Shown here piece by piece: positions 55,915 through 64,000 of a stretch of DNA of 64,000 nt. Below the pieces are notes generated by a model that searched no databases, was not told the DNA's origin, and saw only the letters and a program-made list of their open reading frames with translations. The stretch lies in NCBI RefSeq assembly GCF_023055435.1, contig NW_025963779.1:35712001-35776000 (forward strand), given 5' to 3'. Both the position numbers and the translations under genes were made by a program. Every line of letters begins with the position of its first letter. Position 1 is the stretch's first letter. Origin of the DNA: Haliotis rufescens (taxonomy: Eukaryota).

Positions 55915-57679
55915 TCAATGCTTGCACTCCACACTGCCGACTGAAGCTCTTTGTCCGTACTCAGTCCAGGAACCCTATGAAGGATACGAAAATATGTTTA
56001 TATAATGTATTAAGATGAAGCTTTAGATAATAGTGAAAAGTGAGCCATGCACTGAATAAATATAAGAAAGAATGGAGGTCATCACGTGAGTGTTTGGGAA
56101 TGTTAAATATCCTGTATTAGGAATAAACATTGTATTTAGCGAGCCTTAATAACTTCTTTATCATGTCATGTCATTTTTCAATTCTGTGCTTGAAAATCTC
56201 TTCTCATCTCTAACAAACATTACCTAAACATTGCAAGTTTTCCCGGAATGTGCGCATTAATATATATATATATATATTACTAATATATTACTATTATATT
56301 ACTATAAAGCTTGACCTTTGATATTTGTATCTCGGTCTGCATGACCCCAACAGGTATTGTTTTTATCCGTTGGCTTTATCCTGCCGAGAAACCTCCCCGT
56401 TACTAGTATATGATAAACTAATTTTTGTATAGTTGACAGTAAAGAGGACTTCCTTTGAAAATCTGAGTTAGTTTAGTGTGATTGCAGCCAAAATACAGGA
56501 ACTTGGAAATGATGTAACAGAGGTAGTATTCTTAGAATTATAACAATGATAACTATTGTTTTATAACGATGCATGTATGAAGATTTGGCTGTTATGTGAC
56601 GTGGAACCCTATTTCCTACAGACACTTATAGTCACTTATGTACCCGAAACACCTAAAGGCGTTTGTAAGTTGCATAATATATGTTTATCCAAGAATCAAG
56701 AAAACAATAAACAAGATAACGACGTTATTGAAGGCGTAGTGAAGCGTTTCAGTTGCGTTATATAATATTTACATTTTACTCTATGAATTTCCAAGAGAAA
56801 ACATTTATCAAACGTGAAATGTCATGAATTTCCGAAATTGCCTCTGTCGAGAAATTGCACGAAGCACAACATGGAACGTGAACGTGAACGTTGCCAAGTA
56901 ACCGATGGCTGAATAAGCCAGCCAGTTAGCTGTAGACGCTCGACTGACGACACTATACGCGGATTAGAATGAATGCGTGGTATGACCTCAAAGGACGTCA
57001 CTTAGGATTAAAACCCTATCGACCCACTTTGGGTAATTAGGGCGAGTTTTACCACACGTCAGGAACGATTTTAATATTGATACAACAAGCGAAATAAATA
57101 TCCAGCAGTATGATCTACAAAGTATGTGGTTTACTCACATAGTAGACACTGACGTCATCCTTCCCACAGACACAGGCGGCCAGGGCGAGGATGCAGGCGG
57201 TGAAGCCGATGAAACATGTTGACGTCATGGGTTGGTCCAGCTTGACCCCAGCAGACTGAAACACTGGACCACGGCATCATAATATCAGCTGCATGGAATC
57301 AAGAGACCGAAATTTAAATGTGGTAGGGTTTCGCGATCTGATTGGTTAAGCACGATGTTAAATGGGTTTTGAAGTTCGGTAACCTTCTGGACTTAGAACA
57401 CTTTTCTCTCTCTACAGGACCGCCTTCGTGGTCTAGTGGTAGAGCGTCCGCCCTGAGAGCGGAAGGCCCGGGGTTCGATCCCCGGCCGCATCATACCAAA
57501 AGACGTTAAAAGATGGTTGTTGTTACCCTGTCTGGCGCTCGGCATTATGGGGCTTAAACAAGGACTGGTCGGCTCGGAATCAGTATACTGTATCTGAGTG
57601 GGGTATTCATGTTAAACTGCGGCATGGTATCTCAGTGTGCTAGCACTAAATCGGCATCAATCCGGACTAGTACAAGCAG

Positions 57680-57712
<33 letters not shown>

Positions 57713-60700
57713 CACGTCTTGGACGCGAAGTTAAACCCCATTTCACCCACCTCTCTCTACCATCAAGCAAGACCAAGATGATGTTTGTGGTCGCAATGCC
57801 CAATAACAATGACATCCACAAATCTGCAAGCACATAATATTAGTTGTAACACTGACGGCAAGTCCTGTTATTCTGGTGGTAATGATTCCGGTCAAATTAA
57901 ACTACGAGTGTAATGTTCTTGCTATGGTAACTCACTTTGGAGAAGCTCGTCTTTCCCTTTAAAGGTAATTGCGTCGTCCTCGAACAGGGTGGGGTAGGGG
58001 ATATTGACGGCTCCGGGAATGTGTCCGGTCTGAAACGCCAGGCCATCAGATTTCAGTCCCAGAAAGCCCATACAGTAGGTTTGGACTGTTTCAGAAAAGA
58101 GATTTGATGAGTTTCCATGGGCAGAACAGGTCTCGATTATCCCGCCCCTGTCGTAAAACCCAAGTTATGTTTGTTTGTTGTTTAACGCCGCATTCAGCAA
58201 TATTACAATATTACTTTATGAAGGGTCATGTAAATAATCGAGGCTGCACAAGACAATCGAGCGATCGAACAACGATCCACGACGTCGGGGTACTATGACA
58301 TGCAATCAACCAAGTAACTGGCCACCCGATCCATGTACTCGCATCTTGCAGTCAGCATATATTGGTCATGATCCGGGTATTGGGGATCGGATGGCTACAA
58401 TGCTGACATCCTGGCTGGTTGTATGTGGTAGATGTTAATGCTATCAACTCCTGCTCTACCATGAGCAGACTTGAATGTGTGGAAGAGCCATCTTGGTATA
58501 CAGCTGGAATATTGCTGATTCCTAAACTAACAGCCTCTCACTCCTCAGTATGAATCTGAGGATCCGATGACATCCCTTTACGGGTCACGTCAGAACGACC
58601 TTTCATCCGAACAATCATAGCGTCGCTTACCAGATCAGGAACGCGACAATCAGAATGTGTTTTCTATTCATGCAACCGCGACAACGTTAACACTGGATAT
58701 TCCGAACGACAGTTACCGTAAGCATCATATCTCGCTTAGATGGGATAAGCTTTTGAAAAAAGAGACTTTCAATAGCCCGCGTGAATCGCTGCCAAACAAT
58801 CTCGGTCATCTATTAGACATTCCAGAATGTTCTTTTGTCCATTTTTCAAATTTTGTTTCGTGTCGACTCCATGTTAGTCATTTCATTGGTCGGTCAAAGT
58901 TCGCGATAATTCGTTCTTACGTGACCTGTAATGGGATGTCTTCAGGTCTTTGTTTAGCGGTAGCGAGAACTAAGAACTAATTTGAATGAGATTGCTCACT
59001 ATTCTTGAAAAAGTCCGTTTGAACATCTGGATAATATTAACGACAACATCTTCAACAAAAATGGTTATACGTTTTATTGTTAACAATGAGGCCCGTGAAG
59101 ATCCGGGGTAGAATAGGTCTTCACCAACTCATGCTTGCCGTAAAAGGCGACTATGCTTGTCGTAAGAGGCGACTAACGGGATCAGGTGGTCAGGCTCGCT
59201 GACTTGGTTGATGCATGTCATCGATCCCAATTGCGTGGATCGATGCTCATGATATCAATCACTGGATTGTCTGGTCCAGACTCGATTATTTACAGACCGC
59301 CGTTATATAGCTGGAATATTGCTAAGTGCAGCGCTAAACACAAACCAAACAACAACCTGAACGATCTGTACGTGCCTTCAAGGCTATTTGATTGAGATTT
59401 TCAAGATCTCAATCTTCACAAAATGCAGGGAAGTCTTTTCTATTCCGATTCATTGATGGGCATTAGGGTACCTACATTTTGAAGGCTCTTTTTCTTTGCC
59501 ATTAAAGTTGTCGGGGTGCCGTGTGTCCACGAACTGTCGCCCATCTCCGGGTTTGATGTCATCATAGAGCATCACCAGGCTTTTGTTAACCTTGACCGTC
59601 ACGTCACCTTTCTGGGGAATATGATAAATATATTCTGAATTCGACAAATATCACTTCTTTCAGATCTCATATCACAATAAACATGTGTGTGTGAGTGAGT
59701 GTGTGTGGTATATGTGTGTTTCTGTGATTGAATGTGTGTGTGAATGACACGCAACAATATATCCAAGCTATATGACGACCGTCTGTAAATAATAGTCAGA
59801 ACCAGACAATCCAGTGATTCATATCATGAGCAGTCGGGGTACGTCGACACGCAATCAAACAGGTCACCGAGTCTGATCAGCCGAACCATGACGTCACCTG
59901 TTACGATCAGCATAGGCTGCTACTGACCTGTTCTAACCCGGAAACCCCACAGGTAATTTTTTACAGGTGCGTGTGTGCTTGGGCACTTTTGTGTGTACGT
60001 GTAGATTTGCCGTTATGTTGTCTGAGATAGCACCCACCTCATACTCGACCTGCTTATCTGTGACTGGGTGACCCTCCTTCTTCCATCTGACCAGTCCCCC
60101 ACTCAACACGGATACGTTCGTTATTCCGTGAACCTGTGGGGACCATGAAGTGAGTGGGTGAATGTAGTTTGGTGCCGCAGTTATTTCAGGTACGTCACGT
60201 TATCATTAAATAATCGAGTCTATGCCTTGATACATCAACTGTAAACATGAGCAATTACAACAAAATCCACACAAAAAGGCATGTGACACATAACCACCAA
60301 GCCTGACAGCCGTTCTAACTCAATTGGAATGCTGAAGTGCTTTGTTAACCAGGGTCTCCGTGTGGGTTTATTTATTTGTCGTTCAACGCCGCACTCAGGA
60401 ATATTCCAGCTATATGACGGCGATCTGTAAATAATTGAGACTGGATCAGACAATCCAGTGATTGACATCATGAGCATCGATATACGCCATTGGGATACGA
60501 TGACATGCATCATCCAAGTCAGCGAGCATGACCACCCGATTCCGTTAGTCGCCGACAAGCATGGGTCGTTGAAGACCTACTCTAACCCGTATGTTCACGG
60601 GGAGTCTCTGTGAGTGACCGGGCTTGGAAGAAGTCAATGTAATAATGGGAGAATAATACGTTACTCTTAGCAGCCACCATCCTCGACATGCTTTAGATCC

Positions 60701-61309
60701 GTTTTGATCGACGTTTTCGTACAGGATGACGTGACTAGATGCGTTGATGCCGAGAGATCTCACGTAATCTTGGAAATCTGTGGGATCTGGTAGCCCCAAA
60801 GGGAGGTATTGAGTGAAGGGGGCATTCTTTTTTAAGTTGAAAAACTGTGCTCCTTGTACATGTTCACTGAAAAGTATTGAAAATGAATAAATTGTGTGAA
60901 AGTAAATGATCAATGTCACAGAATATATGCATGCATACACGTTGCAGCAATAAAACATTAATTATTCAATTTAAGCTCCATCTAAAGACCATTATAAATG
61001 TCGCGGTTTGTTTCTGCTACACATAACCTTATCTTTCTGAAAAGAAACCTCAACAAATCTAAAGTAATATTCATGGCCGATTTTAATCGGAAACATTACT
61101 GAAACAACCCTTTGGTCGCACCTCCAAAACGCAACCTGGGCCCTACGTGACCTAACACAATTACATGCAACATGAAAACATTCTTACCTTTTAAAATCGT
61201 CTGTAGATGGACCAGCTGGTCCAATGGTTGTATCAAAAATTCTTAAATCTTTGTTTCCGACTTTTATTTGACTTGAGAGCCATTCCGGCGTCACCACTGG
61301 GGAGGCCAT
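55915..61309 (-). CDS. Two-domain rhodanese / TST-MPST-family sulfurtransferase, paralog B (296 aa); exons 61309-61188, 60866-60665, 60133-60038, 59611-59476, 58085-57936, 57263-57139, 55974-55915
   Basis: Seven exons splice in frame (891 nt) with GT..AG sites. MASPVVTPEWL, HVQGAQF, RGWWLLR, VSVLSGGL, VDTR, GHIPGAVNIP, TCFIGFTAC, YYGSWTEY, ending in TGA. Confidence 0.92.
57418..57745 (+). mobile_element. tRNA-derived SINE family D
   Basis: A box tggtctagtggta, B box ggttcgatccc, core ataccaaaagacgttaaa...ggactggtcggctc, internal (CA)n. Other copies at ~15040-15215, ~19890-20075, ~62436-62570. Confidence 0.85.
59092..59355 (+). mobile_element. SINE-like family B (Nin-domain-like, no tRNA head)
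   Basis: Starts cccgtgaagatccggggtagaatagg, contains ttgtcgtaagaggcgactaa, ends gctggaatattgct...aaac repeats. Confidence 0.85.
60365..60601 (-). mobile_element. SINE-like family B
   Basis: Consensus match. More diverged copies lie at ~58170-58350 and ~59750-59950. Confidence 0.8.
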
Positions 61310-62091
61310 GCTCCCCGCGCTCGCACCTAACAGGCCAAGAGTGAAAGATGCCGACAGCGCCTCTCGAAATAATCTCGGTCAGTAGGTCAAAACACAGGGC
61401 CATGCACTGGACCATGTAACTAATGATAATAATAACAAGCACCTCGCAGACGAGGCCGAAGGCATGTACACCATGTAACTAAAAGTCAATACGAACAAAT
61501 TCGCAGACGACCTCGAAAGCAAGTTTGTCAGCATTGCCTATTAGTTAATGACCCTGTGGTGAAAATCGCTCGCCTATTGAATCTGGATAATGGGCTGTAC
61601 AAGTAATCTGCATAAATGCATGTGTTTGGGTGTTTGCGAATATCTGTAGTAAAGGCATGTGAGGCTAGTTAAGTTAAACTCGGTGAAACGAGACATAAGT
61701 TTGCAGGGCTCACTAATACCACCGATGCGCTTACTTCGACGAGCAATTTGTGTCAGTGGCGGTTGCTGTCGGTAGGGCAGGACACGCTTGCTCTTTTCGC
61801 GAACACCTGGTGTCATCACTGAATTTCATATCATTAATCACTGATCCATTCATATAATTTTCACCGCTATTTCGCCTTTGACACCCGATGGAATGTGTTC
61901 CGCTGGATTACCAAGACTGGTTATTCTCCAGCGCTGACATATTATATTTACCAGTGATTGATATTATGAACAACTACGCCGGCCGTCGAGATACGATGAC
62001 ACATAATGGACTAAGTTCCCGAGTCTGAGCACCAGATGCATATACGACTATTCTAACACGGATCTCCACGTGGAGGAACAGCAAGCGCCCC

Positions 62092-62310
62092 CAGGGTAGA
62101 ATAGGCAACCCATGCTTGTCGTAAGAGGCGACTGATGGGGTCGGGTGGTCAGGCTCGCTGACTTGGTTGATGCATGTCATCGTATTCCAGTTGCGTAGAA
62201 AGATGCTCATGATGTCAATCACTGGATTGTTTGGTCAAAACATGATTATTTACAGACCGCCGTCATATAGCTGGAATATTGCTGAGTGTGGCGTAAAACA
62301 ACAAACAAAC
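62092..62310 (+). mobile_element. SINE-like family B
   Basis: Consensus match with (caaa)n tail. Confidence 0.85.
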
Positions 62311-63125
62311 ATCAGAGATATATCTTTAGTCATTCCTCGATGCATTCCGACACAGACGTCATCCGTAATGGGATGTCCTCAGATCTTTGATTAGCGGTAG
62401 TGAAAACCAAGTTATGATTTTAATGAGACTTACTCCGAGCCGAATATTCCTTGTTTTAGTCCCTTTATGCCGAGCGCCGGGCAGGGTAGCAACAAGTACC
62501 ATGTTTTAACGTCTTTTGGTATGACGCGGCAGGGGATAGAATCCCGGACCTTCCACTCCCCGGGCGGACACGATACACAGAGACAACAACACATGAAAAT
62601 GTGAACCTACGTTTATTTCAACTTGAACTGAAGCCGGTAATACGTCAGTTCAATTAAAATAACTCACACTAAAGTGCCGAGCAACAGAACGTATACACAC
62701 ATATTTATCCGTTTGTCTAAAAATGAAACAAAAAAGAAATGTTTATTCGATGGTGATGTATTTGACACAAGTTACATAGTCAATATTGGATCCTAAGATT
62801 ATAGTGTTTCGGCGACTGTTTTCAGCCTAGTAACGTTTTGATAACGTTTGTACTGTTTTGGTCAAATCCAATTTTCAAGTGTATTCTTTCTTTTGCCAGA
62901 CAGTTTATATTCGTATTACAGCAATCAGTGTGTTCCAACCTGAACAGAATGTTCCTGTCAAATGTTGAGTCGTATGGTTCATACCACGCTTAAATGACTG
63001 CTATTTAGGACTCTGGAATTACTTTAATTGTAGTTGATGTTACGTGACATCATGCAGCAGCAGCAGATACCAGGGTCTTTCACAAACGAGGAAGGACCGT
63101 GTTGTCACTGGGTACGTTTTGAAAG

Positions 63126-63179
63126 CTAGCACTCCACGCTGGCGTCAGGTGCTCTTTGTCCGTACTCAGTCCAGGAACC
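63126..63179 (-). CDS. Terminal exon of a third sulfurtransferase paralog (C); upstream exons lie beyond the window end
   Basis: ctttcaag acceptor, then GSWTEYGQRAPDASVEC*. Nearly identical in nucleotide sequence to exon 7 of paralog B. Confidence 0.85.
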   Translation of the reverse strand, partial: GSWTEYGQRAPDASVEC

Positions 63180-63451
63180 CTTGAAAGATTCAAAAAGTCC
63201 ACACAATGTAGTGTATGGATAATAGCTTCTTTATTTACTGTAATAGCGAGGTTTCGGTATAAATCCTTATATATGACCTAGAAACTGAAGACGGATCTAC
63301 ACCGAAACATTGGTGTTTCAGCTAAAAAAAGAGGTTGTTCTGCATGAATTGTGTCTAATGTGCCATATTTCCTTCTTGAATTTTAGTAAATTTTAGTTGA
63401 ATTGTTCAGTTGTTTTTATATTTCTTTCAAGTATATAACTACAATGTTCCC

Positions 63452-63617
63452 GGGGCGGTCGGGTAGCCTAGTGGTTAAAGCGTTCGCTCGTCACGCCGAA
63501 GACCCGGGCTCGAATCCCGACATGGGTACAATGTGTGAAGCCCATTTCTGGTGTCCCCCGCCGTGATATTGCTGGAATATTGCTAAAGGCGGCGTAAAAC
63601 CAAACTCACTCACTCAC
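63452..63617 (+). mobile_element. tRNA-derived SINE family A
   Basis: A box (tagcctagtggttaa), B-box-like ggctcgaatccc, (ctca)n tail, 14-bp TSD actacaatgttccc. Confidence 0.9.
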
Positions 63618-63699
63618 TACAATGTTCCCAAAATACCCTTTATCAAGCGTGATTTGACGTGACTATCTCAAGGTCGGATCAACGTCCAAGGATTTGATT

Positions 63700-63936
63700 T
63701 GGTTTGGTTTTGGTTTGTTTGTTGTTTAACGCCATACTCGGCAACAATCCAACTATATGACATCGGCCTACAAATAATCGAGTCTGGACCAGACAAACCA
63801 AGGATTGGAATCATGAGCATCGATCTACGCAATTGGGATACGATGACATCATCCAGCAAGTCAGAGAGCTAACCGGATCGCCTCCAACGACAAGCAAGGG
63901 TTACTGAAGACCAATTCTAGCCCGGATCTTCACGGG
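63700..63936 (-). mobile_element. SINE-like family B
   Basis: Diverged full-length copy ending cttcacggg. Confidence 0.75.
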
Positions 63937-64000
63937 TACAGCGACCAAGAAAACAATATCGAATACTCGAATGACCCAGTAAGCCGATCACGATGTAGTA

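Noticed and set aside
55915-55926. Peroxisomal targeting signal at the C-terminus of paralog B (CKH)
   Set aside because: It does not fit the PTS1 consensus, which needs terminal L/M, and it is not shared by A or C.
61233-61442. 69-aa ORF as exon 1 of paralog B
   Set aside because: Wrong frame. The rhodanese-like frame starts at ATG 61309 and splices at 61188.
63452-63530. tRNA genes (also at 42658, 57418, 16940, 32810, 33910)
   Set aside because: They continue into SINE bodies with tails and TSDs, so they are SINE heads.

Overview
AT-rich, intron-containing animal DNA, probably molluscan; the SINE set looks gastropod-like, which is an inference. Host genes, all on the minus strand: (1) the first coding exon of a FAM167-family gene (5024-4674), with the rest outside the window; (2) a tandem array of at least three two-domain rhodanese (TST/MPST-family sulfurtransferase) paralogs: copy A (40172-31821, 7 exons), copy B (61309-55915, 7 exons, 296 aa) and the last exon of copy C (63179-63126). 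These paralogs are the main discovery candidate. They keep the catalytic Cys but have non-canonical hydrophobic active-site loops (CYVGLT, CFIGFT), lack the usual substrate-binding Arg and triad residues, and share a ~15-aa hydrophobic insertion, which suggests a neofunctionalised sulfurtransferase subfamily. Copy A also has a 1-nt phase defect at exon 1 and a six-fold tandem duplication of the exon-3 splice acceptor. Between A and B lies a ~15-kb transposon pile: a Ginger-like integrase-OTU relic, a Crypton-like relic, LINE fragments, a TTAA-flanked (Kolobok-like) MITE, an intact spliced pogo DD35D transposase with a PHD-like tail, and an abutting dead Tc1 DD34E. The rest consists of four SINE-like families, several MITE families, minisatellites and two assembly gaps. 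No CRISPR, rRNA or true tRNA was found.
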